DNA from: Octopus bimaculoides
Lineage: Eukaryota
Assembly (NCBI RefSeq): GCF_001194135.2
Contig: NC_068998.1
Location: 53,616,755-53,680,754, forward strand
Reading direction: 5' to 3'
DNA: 64,000 bases
Positions 14,117 to 27,227 of the stretch are shown here, one piece after another; position 1 is the stretch's first letter; every line of letters begins with the position of its first letter. Both the position numbers and the translations under genes were made by a program. A model generated the notes under the pieces. The model was not told where the DNA came from. It worked only from the letters and a program-made list of their open reading frames with translations, and searched no databases.

Positions 14117-14948
14117 CTAGCAGAGACACCCGGCGTCGCTCGGGATTAAAATGGTATAGTTTATATATATATAAATATATATGTATATATATATATATAT
14201 ATTACAGTTATGTTGAAACAGGTGAATCGGGAAAGTGCAGCATTGACGACAAAACATTTGTGGAGTAAATGATGGTCTAATTCGACTAATCGACATGTAA
14301 TACATAGGAAGATTGGAGGATTCCAAGTGCTAACCTATCATGGAAAATTGGGGGTGAAGGTATGGAATTTTCTAACCCACCGCAAAGCTCAGTGGAATAC
14401 ACCCCTTTGAGGCGGTCAGCGCTACGTCTAACACGAGCCGTCGTATGGTTGACAGTCAAATGAATGGAGGTGTAATGGAGATATTCTAGGTAAATGGGTA
14501 CATTCTAGAAATGGGTTGCAATGGGAGACGGTAAGGAGCTCGTAGTGCTTGCAATATTACCTTACCGCCCGAGCAGCACATGCCATTAGTTTCATTTGGA
14601 AATTTGAAAGCTTTGCAGAAACGACAATTAGAGTGTAGTACACCATTTTGTACAGAATTATCATTTTTATAGGAATAGGATGTATCACATCTGTATTGGA
14701 CCTCTGTCTAATCTGGCGTGTTAAACGTTGTTCTAATGATTCGGCATTAAGTGTTACAGCATGCCTTAGCTGATATTGGGAAAATCTCATCTCCCTTCTC
14801 TCTAGAGACTGACGTGCTGCGGCATGCATCTGCTGACCTTGAGAAAGTCTCGTCTCCTTTCTCTGTCGAGACACTCGCCTTTGTTTTCTGTAATTGTGCT
14901 CGCTTTATAGGTGTTTCTGGAGGGATTACGTCTTTTCTTTGGTGGAAT
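14117..14948 (-). mobile_element. Internally deleted Helitron with frameshifted N-terminal RepHel remnant and intact 3' terminus; 5' end probably further up, near 15550
   Basis: Minus strand reads (ATT)PPKKRRN at 14948 (likely mutated ATG), then 21-aa charged repeats (RKETRLSQGQQMHAAARQSLE/RREMRFSQYQLRHAVTLNAES), then NCRFCKAFKFPNETNGMCCSGGKVILQAL at 14629-14543, matching the Helitron CxxC...CC..GKV.L motif. Same-strand 3' end: hairpin CCCG..CGGG (14129-14144), 8-nt spacer, CTAG|T at 14120-14116. Confidence 0.85.
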
Positions 14949-15512
14949 ATTTTTTCAATATTGTAAACAAAAAATTATGAACATGGAAAAAATAAACATT
15001 AATCTCTATTTTTGTAAGCAATTGTAAATATATATTATGTCCGTATTTTTGTATGCTGTGTAAATTTATGAAATATAAGCAAATGAACGAGATAGCACAT
15101 GTATGGAACTGCTAATTTAACGGTAAATGCCNNNNNNNNNNNNNNNNNNNNNNNNNNNNNNNNNNNNNNNNNNNNNNNNNNNNNNNNNNNNNNNNNNNNN
15201 NNNNNNNNNNNNNNNNNNNNNNNNNNNNNNNNNNNNNNNNNNNNNNNNNNNNNNNNNNNNNNNNNNNNNNNNNNNNNNNNNNNNNNNNNNNNNNNNNNNN
15301 NATTTTATATTGACACTGGCCAACTCACACTTCACGCAGGTCAGTCGTCCACAAAGTATATAAAACAAGCAACACACAACAAGGAGAAAGAGACAAAAAT
15401 AAAATAACACGTGTCAAATTTTTTTTTTTTTCTTCCTAAAAACGTTCAATGACGTTAACTGGAGTTTGGGGTTCGAATAGACGTCATTCTATCTTTTGAT
15501 TTATCATTACGT

Positions 15513-15553
<41 letters not shown>

Positions 15554-16416
15554 TAAATATTTTATAAGCTTAAAGCTTATAAACGATAACCGTGCATTGA
15601 CTAGGGTAAATAGTCTAATATAATAGTTCGCAGAACGCACCGGACTACCATTACGTTGATGGCTGACACAAGTAAAATAATAAAAGAATATATATATATA
15701 TTTATTTATATATGTTAAATTCGTTTATGATAACGTTAAGGATATACAAATAAAGCTGCTATTTCAATATGCCGGTTATCGTTCAGTAATACTCACTAAT
15801 GAGGCAGTATTTCGTGGTTACATCATGGTTATACTGATATAATGTACAATAAATATAAACATAACAATAATTAATTTTAGAATGGAATTTATAAATATTT
15901 AATGCATCGCTACGCGCGTTCCCGCAATTCACATAACTTTAGAGTCCGAGACCTTGAGATGCTTACAATATTGTCTATAATATTCGAGGGCATCAGGTTT
16001 ATGATCATCGATCATCATCGTTTATTCATTTCTGCGGAGGGGCACATCAAAACCATCGGTCAGTCGGTGTTTTTTTTTTTTATCATACATGACTTTCATT
16101 GAAAAAAGATTCAATGCAGTTGTGTCAGGCATTACGAATAAAATAACCAGGTGCAACAAAACGCTTCATGTAAGATATAGGATCCCTAATGCCTACTGAA
16201 ATTGCGATCTCATTTCATGGACTTTCATTTATTACTAACTGCCAAATTTGTGTTCAAAAAAATTTATTTATTACCTAAGTTGCTTTATAGCATATAATAA
16301 ACTGCTAACGAAACTGATAATCGTACACTTTACGTTTATCAACTTGAAAATACTTCTAACTGCGGACTAATTTAAATTAAACCGTTCACAAGTGTGTGGC
16401 ATTATAATAAATTACA

Positions 16417-16444
16417 CCGTCCAAATTACGGGTCCTTTTGCTAG
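16417..16444 (+). mobile_element. Helitron-like 3' terminus
   Basis: Short hairpin CCGT-ccaaatt-ACGG, 9-nt spacer, then CTAG followed by T. No coding remnant seen upstream. Confidence 0.45.
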
Positions 16445-18894
16445 TATACACACACACACATATGTCTGTGATTGTGTGAGCGTGTGTCAGTTTTTGTGTC
16501 AAAGCTTCCCCACCCCTATACAACTGGCGTTCGTTTGTGCACGTCCCCGTTGCTAGCACTACACAAAACTGGAAAGAAAGTTAGCTTCAAATAAACAAAT
16601 AAATTAGAACACAGACCAACAACAGAAATCTGGAAAACCGACGAATGTTTTTATCCAATATAAGCCACAAACCAATAAATAAATTATTTTATACTATAAT
16701 AAACAGCATCAGAAACTCTCAGAATAGCCATATCATGTGATAGATTTCCTGAGTAGTTTCATTTGGGTCGGTGTTGCGACTGAACCCTCAGATATTGTAG
16801 ACCACCACTTACCTCGTGGGCCATCAGATTGATTGACATGAAGGATTCGCGAACATTTCCGCTGCCAGAGTAAAATCACCAATTTAAATGTCTCAAATTT
16901 TGTAATCAATATATTGAACGTTTTCCCCCCACCGTGCACCACTTTTCTTTTTAAAGCATTTGAAACACTGTCCACTCGACATAATCCCTGAGCATAATAT
17001 AGACACAGTGTCATGTACAGATGCTATCATTGTTACATTCTCCCACCATTGACCAGTTACGATTCCACACTTCCTCCAGCTCTCCCTCGAAGATCATTCC
17101 AATCGTCTAGATTTAATAGTTGCACTATTGAATCCGGAATTTCCTTTCTTACTGGCATCATCATCATCATCATCATCTTTTAATCGTTTCTGCGACAACT
17201 GGCGTATTAGGTCTGCCTAATCATGATTGTCCTGATGTTAAACATCAAAAATAGCTAGTGTCCAGTTTCTTGTACTTCGTATGTATCAAATTATTCGTTC
17301 AAACATCACGGAAATTTAAAAGCTATTTCTCTTGCGGTTCTTGACCAAATATTTCGTTCTACCGTAAACGATGTGATTTTAACTGACCATCAAGAAGAAT
17401 TGAACTTATATACTTCGTTTATGTTACTAATATTCACAGTTGATTGTTTCTAGGAGTTTAAATATATCCACCACAATTCTTTCAAATGACATCAATTCAA
17501 GTGAATAATCGATAAGAGTGCTAAGTGTCCTTTTAGTGAAACGAAGAGTGAGATTTTAATTTAAATATTGTAGTCACAGTGGAAAAATAAAATTCCGAAT
17601 TGTCTGGGATGAGTGAGTCTTTGTAATTGTGAAATTTAGATGACTGTTTAAAGTGAATTAATTGCGGGACATTTCTGAGGAATCTTTGATCATTATTGCA
17701 TTCAAAATATGTCATTTATTAAATTTTTAGACTGGAAAAATACCCTTGGGAAATACTAAGAGGAAAACGGCAATTAATGTGTAACTGCACATTTAAGTGC
17801 GTTAAAATGAACAACTAAAATCTAGATCTGTTCGTAGGAATAATAGAAACAAAGTTGTTCAATGTGTCCAGAATTTAAATCTATTCATTTTGTTTTATAA
17901 TTGATTTTGAAAGAAATTAAATTATGTCTTTGTTTACAGAAAATGTCACAAGATCAGATAATTGAAAAATATTATTCTATTATTCCGAAATTAAATACAT
18001 CACTTCAGACGGTGCTTTTGACTCTTAATCATTTAGACAAAGAACGTGCAGCTGGCTGAGCCAACAGCAATCCGCATTGAGCATCAGAGAATCAAATGTT
18101 CAAAATACGTTACCAGTATTACATCGTCTTCATTTTTTCCCCCCTTTCTTTTGGGCTCCGAACACGAAAGAAAAGTGTGCGTTGTAAATCTACATTCAAC
18201 TCTATCGTTTCCACTCTACACTGAACTCAGATAATTAACTGACATAATTGAATGAAGAGAATTACATAACACTAATTAGTAACTAATTAACTCAGCAGGG
18301 CAAATTTTTCACTATCAATTCAAATGCATTGTGATCGTTACAGCTGAGGATAATTCCGTTGCTGGATTGCTGCATCATCAGTCCTAACATCACCACCATT
18401 GCCGTTGTAGTCGCTGTCGTCGACGTCATCGTCATCACCTTCATCATCATCATTAGCATTTCCATCATCATCATCATCATCATAATTATCATCGTCATTG
18501 TCATCGACATTGCCGCCGTCGTCATCATCGTCATCATTGATTCCAATGATGCAGAGAAAAAGTTTGTCGGCATTACTGCGCACCTGGTCGTTGCTGAATG
18601 GATATTTGCTGGAAATTGACTGCTGTTTCTAGGAGAAGCTATAGCAATATATAGACACCCACATTGGTGTCTGCCTTTAAGGTAAGAAAGTGGCACATAG
18701 CAAGACGCGGTTGTAAGTACAACGTGTCGGAAAGTAGGAGATAAAAGAAGATGGTCACGACTGGAATACATTTTGATGAGATAAGTTTATCAGGTTGAAC
18801 CTAGAACAACTCAGCAACAACAACATCTACGACTACTACTATTAATAATAATAATAATAATGAGAAGAAGAAGAAGGTTTACTATAATATTATA

Positions 18895-19010
18895 GTAAAC
18901 CATCTGTTGTATATGGACGATCTGAAGCTGTTTGCTAAAAGTAGGGCTGTTAACAATTGTTAAAAAGTACAGCAGTGAGATCAGGATGGAGTCCCACACT
19001 CCGACAGGCG
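18895..19010 (+). mobile_element. R4/Dong-type reverse transcriptase fragment (YMDD motif)
   Basis: VNHLLYMDDLKLFAKS (TAT ATG GAC GAT at 18910-18921), then after a deletion/frameshift LTIVKKYSSEIRME. A (TAA)n tract lies just upstream. Confidence 0.82.
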
Positions 19011-19209
19011 AGATGGAGTCGTAATGGGGGAGCCTGACTCCTTTGTCAGCCATTACAGAAGTGCTCTCGCGTGGCTAAGAGTTGTTTTGACTGTTATTTC
19101 TAGCAATGATGGTGCTCACTAGCATCCTGCGACACTTTAGTGACAACTGTACTTGTTGCGTCGGTTCTAAATTGCGAATAAGATATATGTATTTGTGTGT
19201 GTGTGTGCA

Positions 19210-19254
<45 letters not shown>

Positions 19255-19256
<2 letters not shown>

Positions 19257-19417
19257 GACGGGCTTGTTTCTGTTCCGTCTACCAAATACCACTGACAAGG
19301 CTTTGGTCGGCCCGAGGCTACAGTAGAAATCACTCGCCTACTGTGTCACGCAATGGGACTGAACCCGCAGCCTTGTTATTGGTAAGCAGGCTTCTTACCA
19401 ATCAAGCTACACCTGCG
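19255..19417 (-). mobile_element. SINE family B copy
   Basis: ACGACGGGCTT...CCGTCTACCAAAT.CCACT.ACAAGGCTTTGGTCGGCCCGAGGCTA...GGGACTGAACCC...TACACCTGCG. Confidence 0.8.
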
Positions 19418-19802
19418 ATTACTACAATAAATATAAAATGCATGAACATAGCGCTGAGAGTGGCGGAAGAAAAATGTTAGAGCGTAGTGTAGGATTGAAA
19501 CTTTACAATGTTTACGTGAAATTAAACTCCATAAATAACAAATGTTTAATATCGTAGTCCGATAGCAGTGTGACCAAATATGCATAAATAAACAGTGATT
19601 AATGCAACAATTAAATGTTTTCTTCATTATGAAAATGCCAGTCATGCCTCTATACTGGATATTTATGACAGCTAACTTAATAATTTTCGCTAACAAATCA
19701 TTTAGGTGATCTGATTAAAGAATTCCCTAAATAGGAATTTGCGTAATGTCAAACCATCTGGATTGCAAACGTCAGGAGAAACAGAATGTTTAAATCAAAA
19801 TA

Positions 19803-20378
19803 ATGTTCATCATCATCATTATCATCACCGTCATCATCATCATCATCATTGTCGTCACCATCTTCGTCTTCATCACCACCAACGTAATCATCATCATCCG
19901 TGTCCTCCTCTTCCTCCTCGTCATCACCATCATCATGATAATCGTCATCATCATCATCGTCCTCTTTATCATCGTCGTCGCCATTGTGATGTTAACGATC
20001 GTCGTCGTAGCTGTAATCGTCGTTATTGTTATCATCGACATCTCATCGTTGATGTTGTCGTTATCACCATCTCCAGTGGCAACCACCGCCATCACAACGA
20101 CGACCGCCACCACCATCGCCACCACCAAAACCGTTACTCCCATCATCATCATCATCTTCATCATCTTCATCATCATGATTTCCACGATCTTCATCATCGT
20201 CGTCGTCGTCGTCGTCTTCGTCATCCTCTTCATAATAATGATCATAATTGTGGTCAACTGCATCACAAACATAATTGGCATCATCATCGTCCTAATCCTC
20301 CTGATCCCCCTCTCTTCCTCCTCCTGATCCCCCTCTCTTCCTCCTCCTCCTCCTGATAATCATCACCATCATCGTCAC
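19803..20378. repeat. Long cryptic (ATC/GTC/ACC)n trinucleotide region; similar tracts at 820-1075, 11570-11870, 12335-12530, 13520-13680, 18370-18545, 25600-25760, 45410-46140
   Basis: Period-3 degenerate repeats giving poly-I/H/M/D ORFs on both strands. Confidence 0.9.
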
Positions 20379-20984
20379 AACAGAATACTGACGTTCATAT
20401 TTTCTACAATCTCTAACTGCTCAGATACATTTCCAACACACTGTACCACGAATCATTAACAATCATGGAAACATTTGATTCATATTGCTGAGAATTAACC
20501 TCCCTGAGAATTAACTTCCCGTTCCTTTCTCGCTCTTCTTCCAAGTGTAATTATCCACTAACCTCTCAGTGCAATTTTTCATCCTGTAATCATCCCACAT
20601 TTGAATTCTGTTGCAGTCATTTGTCTTGCAAGCCTAATGTCTTTAATGACAAGCAACTTTCCCGCTACAATTATGCTACCGTACCCCTCTATTACAAACT
20701 GCCTCCACAACAGCCATTTACTTACATAATAAATTTGTTCAAACAGTTAGCAGGAACTGTATAATATGTTTGATATATTGATACAATTGTTGTTTAACCC
20801 GGGGTCTGATGTTTCAGGATACAAATGATCAAAGCCACTCAACATTTAGCCAGTTTATTTATTTATTTATATATTTTTGCCTCTTAGAATCTACGTTGTC
20901 TAACGTATCCTTTTTTTTGGAAACATTAGTCTTGGAAGTCGAATATTTTAGGCTGATATCTCTAGCATCACCACTGACTGCAGA

Positions 20985-21075
20985 GCCAATGATTCATGCT
21001 TTTCAGAGTTGAACTGATGTGATTTAAGGGAGATTTGGCAGCTATTTCTAACAGATCTAGAGACCACTGGGTGGC
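20985..21075 (+). repeat. Interspersed repeat family C fragment (related motifs near 11075-11110 minus, 13940-13970, 19085-19105)
   Basis: Shared motif G(G/C)(C/T)(A/T)GCTATTTCTA(A/G)CAGATC.AG recurs. Confidence 0.5.
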
Positions 21076-21659
21076 CCCATCAGTAGCTCGTAGCTGTGCC
21101 AGTAGAAGCAATAATACGAAAGTGTTGTTCAGTACCTACAGGCAGTGGTTTTAGTAATAATCACTTAGAGTCTATGTTTTCCTATTGAACGGTCAAAAAC
21201 AGTTTGTATTAATCAACATCTCGAGATTAAATTTGTTAAAGATCTAATATTCTGTGAGACAAATTATTGATTATTTTCTTTCTATTTTTTTTTTCATTTT
21301 GCTTTGTTATACTATATTCCGGAATATTTACCTGATCAGTTTGTCAGTGTCAGGCTGGCGAATGATCAAAGTCTTCATAAGCTGACGCATATACAGGCTA
21401 AATAACATCATGGTGATGTTAACATTAGAACAAAAGAACTGCTAACTTCCAGACCGAATACGACAGATACAGACACTTGCAAGCATTTATTACGGTATTT
21501 TTGTTTTTTATTAGCTTTGACTAACATCTTCAACGGAATATTTCGACAACATTGTACTTCAAAGTAAAACAATCAAACCTGTAGCCTGATGAAGATGATG
21601 CAATTTTATTTTCGCAACGTTAAAAGAAACGCTTCCACCAATTGCCATATGAGACACTA

Positions 21660-21950
21660 GTGCAAATACTCCATCGTTTACGACAATGAGTAGTTCAGTA
21701 GATTCGATCAACGAACCAGCGTGTTCGTAAAAGTAACGTGCAAGTGACTGGGCACTCGACAAAAACATGTGCCTTTAACATGATTCTTAGAAAGATTCAG
21801 TGTGACACAGAATGCAACAAGGCTGGCCTTTTGGAATACAGGTACTCCTCATTTTTGCCGGCCGAGTGGACTGGAGTAACTTGAAATAGAGTGCCTTGCT
21901 CAAGGATACAACACACCGCTGATCGTGAGCCGAATACCCGAAGAAGTAAG
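21660..21950 (-). mobile_element. SINE family D, degenerate copy
   Basis: GATTCGATCAACGAA...AACGTGCAAGTGACTG...GATTCAGTGTGACACAGAATGCAACAAGGCTGGCC aligns with 34150-34520 minus the array. Confidence 0.7.
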
Positions 21951-22696
21951 CCACACGTTTTCACATAAATAAGTGTTAAGACATTTGTGCCTCATCAAGA
22001 AACAGCTGTCAAGAACGAAGTAGATGAAAGCAGGGATAAACTTTGCCAGAAAATCAACTTTGCATTTCTGTATTCCAGGGTAAAATAAAATGTACCATTC
22101 TGGGTATTAGATGGTGGTACTCTAAGTACATCGGGCCGGATGCCTTGAGGTACACATCTCAGCTATTTGCTTTTTGAGTTCAAATCCCAGTATGGCCTAC
22201 TTGACTGGTAGACTGGTTCCGATTCCTCTGTCAATGCAATCAAATAACGTAAGTATCTCCAGCTGATTCCATACTATTATAAGAATTCTGGCGAAGTTTT
22301 GGGCATCGCGATACTTTTCTTCCACGCTCCCACAACCACCAGAGGCCTTTTAAATGACCATAGACATTGCTTTCCATTTTGTCACTAAGATAATAAAATT
22401 AAAATAAGCCAATCCACCGAAAACATCAAAATTATATGTATCGGTAATAATCTAGAAAATTATCGCGTATATAAATACATTAAATAATTTGTCAATTTGT
22501 TTTCGATAATATTTAATTTTGTGCTGAAGTCTAACATTTGTCAAAGCTACCAATCATAATGGTAGAGGAAATTAATTCATTTATCAGTCGTTTATCAGTT
22601 GCCAATATATTTGAATTAACTCAAATTAGTATGCTACCCCTAAAAAGAGAATGGCTTCGTGCCTATGTAAGGAATCTTTATTATTATAAATGAGAA

Positions 22697-23400
22697 GGCT
22701 GCGAGTTGTCAGAATAGTTGGAGCATCGAAAATGTGATTTCCGATATTCGTCTCGATTCTTTACGTTCGAGTTTCAAATTCCGCCAAGGTCAACTTTACC
22801 TTTCAACATTTCAGTATCGATAAAATAAAGTAATATTCAAGTACGAGGGTTGATGTAATCAACAATCTCTCTCCCATTACAAACTGCAGTCCTCGTGTTA
22901 AAATTTGAAGCAAATATGTATTTTTTTTAAATATAAGAGACGTAAGGATGGTGAATAAACAGAACAGTTAAAATGTCGATAACAATGACTAACGTTGCCT
23001 TACAGTGATTCTTACTACCGTCCCGCTTTTATCCATCCTGGAAATATAAAAGAGAATTTCTTCCTGTCGTCTCTACAGGATCGATAGAATAGAGTACCAG
23101 TCAAGAAGTTAATGATATCGTCTGATAACCAACCCTTAATATTTATAATCTTCAGCCTAAATGTAATGCAAAATACTCCCTTTCTCATGGTGGCCCATTG
23201 GCAGCAGCTATAGATCGTCAGACAAAATGTTTCGCACTATCTAGTTCTGGCCGTTGCTGTTGTGCGTTCGAATCCATCCGAGTTCGAGTTCGATGGATTA
23301 AATACTAGTGAAATATTTAGATCAGTTTAATTGATACTTTCCATCAATCCGCCCCACATTTCTGGTTTTCTCTCAGTGCAAAGAAACGTAATTTTGTGTG
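22697..23400 (+). mobile_element. Cluster of two to three degenerate family A SINE copies
   Basis: Repeated TTCAAATTCCGCCAAGGTCAACTTT, GATAGAATAGAGTACCAGT and GTTCGAATCC motifs. Confidence 0.6.
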
Positions 23401-24263
23401 TGTGTGTGTGGGATTCACTTCTGCAGTTCTTCAATTCTCATGTTTCGTTTTATATAGGCCGAGCTTAGATAGCAATATGTGACACCGAGCAAACATAGAG
23501 GAGGGTGATGACAAAAGGATTTAAACACTGTCAAGAGTCGGATCTTTCGTACATTCGTCGGGCCACTGGGATTGAATTTGAGACCAACATGATCGCAAAG
23601 AGAACTTCTAAACCATACAACCATACAGGCGCCTGTACACTTAATTAACAACTAAGTACATATTGAAATCCTTTCCTAACATAGAAATCGGATTGCAAAC
23701 GCCTTTGGCTGGCTAAAAATATAAGGACGAAACTACTTTCCTGTTGCCATTTCCTTTTCAATTGAAATCCAGCAAATTAACAAATTGCTTTTAGCAGCTT
23801 CAGAACATATTTTCTCGGCAACATTGTTATAGTTATATGGATTTTAATAAATAAATTTAATTATAGAGTAAGGACAATTTTGAATCGTCAATTTTCTTTA
23901 AGCAGCCATTATTTCTTTGCATTCAAGAAAGCAGTGAAAACCATTGAAAATTTTCTGAAGCTTTTTTGGAACATTTCCTTACATGGTATACAAAGGACTT
24001 TTATTTTTCACTTCTATTTCTTTTTCAATAATCTAACTACCAAATATGTCTTTCTAAATATACGGAAAAAAAATTATAATTTCATAGATATTTAACAATA
24101 TGGTTTCGTGTCTAACGAACTCAGTTTGAAAGCAGGTATTTCCGATTTCAGTTCCATTCCGCGGAATCTAGTGTCTTCCACTATATTTCTGGGCCAGACA
24201 ATGGCTCATGAGTGAATCTGGTTGACAGAAACTGTGTGGAACTGCGTTATAGATACATATATT

Positions 24264-24314
<51 letters not shown>

Positions 24315-26124
24315 GTGACTATGTATCTTATCTATTTATCTATCTTTTCATACCTATATTCATCTATTTATCTGTGTGTGTGTGTGTGTGCGTGTGCCCA
24401 GGCGCGCGTCTTTCTCTTTCAGTTTAAACCTGACATTTGCTTGCCAAATGGTGTTGGTTTTTTTTTTCTCCGCTCCGTGTGCGGCACAATATATCGATAA
24501 CAACCCTGCCTGGACTTGTACCTAGGTGGGGAACCTTCCAAGTGCAGTCTCATAGCCCTTCATGACCGAAGAGCGGTCTTTACTGTGGTCGACCGCGTAA
24601 AGGCTTCCTTAATTTGTGCTTTGCATCGTTGCATTTTTTTCATTACACCCCATGTCATACTTAGTTGAGCGAATCTATGATCAAATGCATTTAACCCTGG
24701 TTATTTTGTCTTTTATATACCTTCTGTATCATCCAATGCATTTATTACGTTGCTTACACTCAATAGGTTACGATTTGAGGGAATTTAGTTACATTTCTAG
24801 CATGCCCTGTGGTTTTAGAGAAGTTCCTTTGCAGATTTGTGCATTTCGATGTTAAATAATCTGGTGTATCTGATGAAAAGTTTATCTCTAGGTTTCTCTC
24901 AGCTCAAAAGTAGATAACCATTTGTTATGTTTAATAGCACAATCGCTGACGGTGAGCTTCAGGACATTTTTATAAAGCTTATATTTAACATGGTGTGAAT
25001 GCGAAATTGCTATACACAATATTATTTGAAATCAACATGGTATTCGTAAATGCAGTTTTACTCAATAATGCTGACATTTTGTTTTTCTTGTTCCGATAAA
25101 GTATTCAATTACCTACACCCACACAATGTGTTCAGGTTTGCATGACCCGCAATGGATTGTTCCGTTTCATAACTATATTATCAGAATTTCTTTCTTATCA
25201 CAGCATCACCTGCAAAATTCCACACTCGTTCAACGCATTTAGCGTTGCCCAGATACAAAATAGCAAAATAACTTACGTAAGAATAACGATTTTATGCATT
25301 TATCGATATATTTATTTTATCTGTTTTTATATTTCCTATTTTACATCAATTTCACCATACTAGCTTCGAAAGGATAAATAATGTTTGCATTTATCGGAGC
25401 AATTATTTTGATTGCTGGAAAAAAAAAAGCCCAGAAACTGCTACAAGTGCAGATGCTATTTGTTGATACCGGGATTCGATAGTTACTCTCCCTATTATGG
25501 TATCAAGTCAGAATGTAAAGGAACAAGAATACTAGGAGCCCTTTAGCCTTTGCATTATCGCATCTCTTGCAAGACAAAGCAAATTATTTAATTCCACGAT
25601 GAACAAGATAATAATAACAACAATAATAATGATAATCAGAATAATAATGATGATGATGACAATTACAATGATGATGGTGATGGTGGGAGGTGGGGTGATG
25701 ATGATAACGATGATGACGAGGAAGAGGATGCGGAGGACGACGATCAGGATGATGAAGATGACAATTGCCCTGATCCAATACCGAGCAGTGGTTCTTATTG
25801 GCTTCTGTTCTTGGCTGTTTGGAAGTGCTAACACGTGTATGCTTTGTCTTTCGTTTAAAGATCGGCCGCAACAGATGTTCTGCGCGATACTGCATATTTG
25901 CTTGTCAGTTACTTGACCTTAACCGGTTGAGCATGTCCCTCGGTGGTTGCATCTCTGATCACGAGCAGGAATAGAGGGGGAGCATCGTAGCCATGTGTTG
26001 AGGGATTTGTGGGAGTTTGAATGGTTCACTCCTTGGAATATGATTGTTTCGTCCATCATTCTTAAACAATCCTTATTCAAGGACATTTTCAGTGGGATGG
26101 GCTGCTCGACCTGAACTAAATTCA

Positions 26125-26380
26125 GTATTTGAAAGTCCTTACTTCAAATGTCGCCGAGGTCAACTTTGTCTTCCATCGTTTTGGATGACATAAGAAAGAT
26201 CCAAGCAGTGGGATCGATGTAAATGACTAGCCTTCTCGCTTACATTTCAGGTCTTGTACCTACATTCGAAAGGATCATTACCACAATCATTATCATCATC
26301 ATCATCATCATCATTATTATTATTATTTAGGTGGTGAACTGGAAGAATCGTCAGCACGCTGGACGAAATGTTTAGCGATA
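26125..26380 (+). mobile_element. SINE family A fragments (3' half, then a separate head)
   Basis: TTCAAATGTCGCCGAGGTCAACTTTG...GGATCGATGTAAATGACT; head GGTGGTGAACTGGAAGAATCGTCAGCACGCTGGACGAAATG at 26329-26380. Confidence 0.65.
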
Positions 26381-26530
26381 TTATTATCACCATTGCCTTT
26401 GCACAGCTTCTAACGCTGGAGATGTGCTACGGTGTCAGTTGTTCCCTACCAGTGAACTAAGGTAACACCTCCTATTTTTCGAGCACCTTCCGGAGTATTC
26501 AGGCGGTTCCAAGCAGTGCTCTTTTCTGCT
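26380..26530 (-). mobile_element. 3' end of R4/Dong-type element (C-terminal peptide, 3' UTR, TAA tail)
   Basis: Minus translation QKRALLGTA*ILRKVLEK* matches the typical RLE-clade C-terminus (LQK.ALLGTA.ILRKVL). About 90 nt of UTR follows, ending GGTGATAATAAT, with (AAT/AAC)n on the other side. Confidence 0.8.
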
Positions 26531-27184
26531 ATTATTATTATTATTGTTGTTGTTGTTGTTATTATAGGTTAAGAGAAGCCAAGAGAGATGAATGGTAGGT
26601 AGTATTCATCATTAACATTCTGTGTGTAACACATTTTAGTTTCCTTAAATATTTATCAATGACATTCAGAAGATTATTTCAAATAAATTTGGCCTTCTTC
26701 CGATCTTTGAAACTGAAGTTATGCCTTTCGAAATCTAATCAATATTCATACTAGTTATATTTTAATTACAAGTTTTACTGCTCTGCTAACACTGTAGTAT
26801 CAGCAAGATAACTGCGTGCCGAAGTATCGGGTAAAGTTCATTGTAACTTGTATTAATCAAATCAGTAATGGAGCAGGCGAACTGGAAGCTATCCAATTCT
26901 TGGAAGTGATTCGCGAGACTGACACATCACGACAAGGAATGGAGTTTAGCTGTGTTTTCTTGACGCTTTAGAACCACTCAATCAATCAATAGAAATATTT
27001 TCGCAATCCCATGTTAAATATAATATTTAACATTCAATGATTCAATAACAATGTCTAGACATATTTTGTGCATATATATATATATATATATGTATANNNN
27101 NNNNNNNNNNNNNNNNNNNNNNNNNNNNNNNNNNNNNNNNNNNNNNNNNNNNNNNNNNNNNNNNNNNNNNNNNNNNNNNNNNNN

Positions 27185-27227
<43 letters not shown>

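Noticed and set aside
16733-17330. Possible piggyBac transposase remnant on the minus strand (VTGQWWENVTMIASVHD, RGKWWST)
   Set aside because: Resemblance is limited to a few residues in different frames; no catalytic D motifs or TTAA-flanked TIRs found.
20762-20785. Similarity to mature miR-190 (ATATGTTTGATATATT)
   Set aside because: The seed differs and no complementary star arm or hairpin is nearby.
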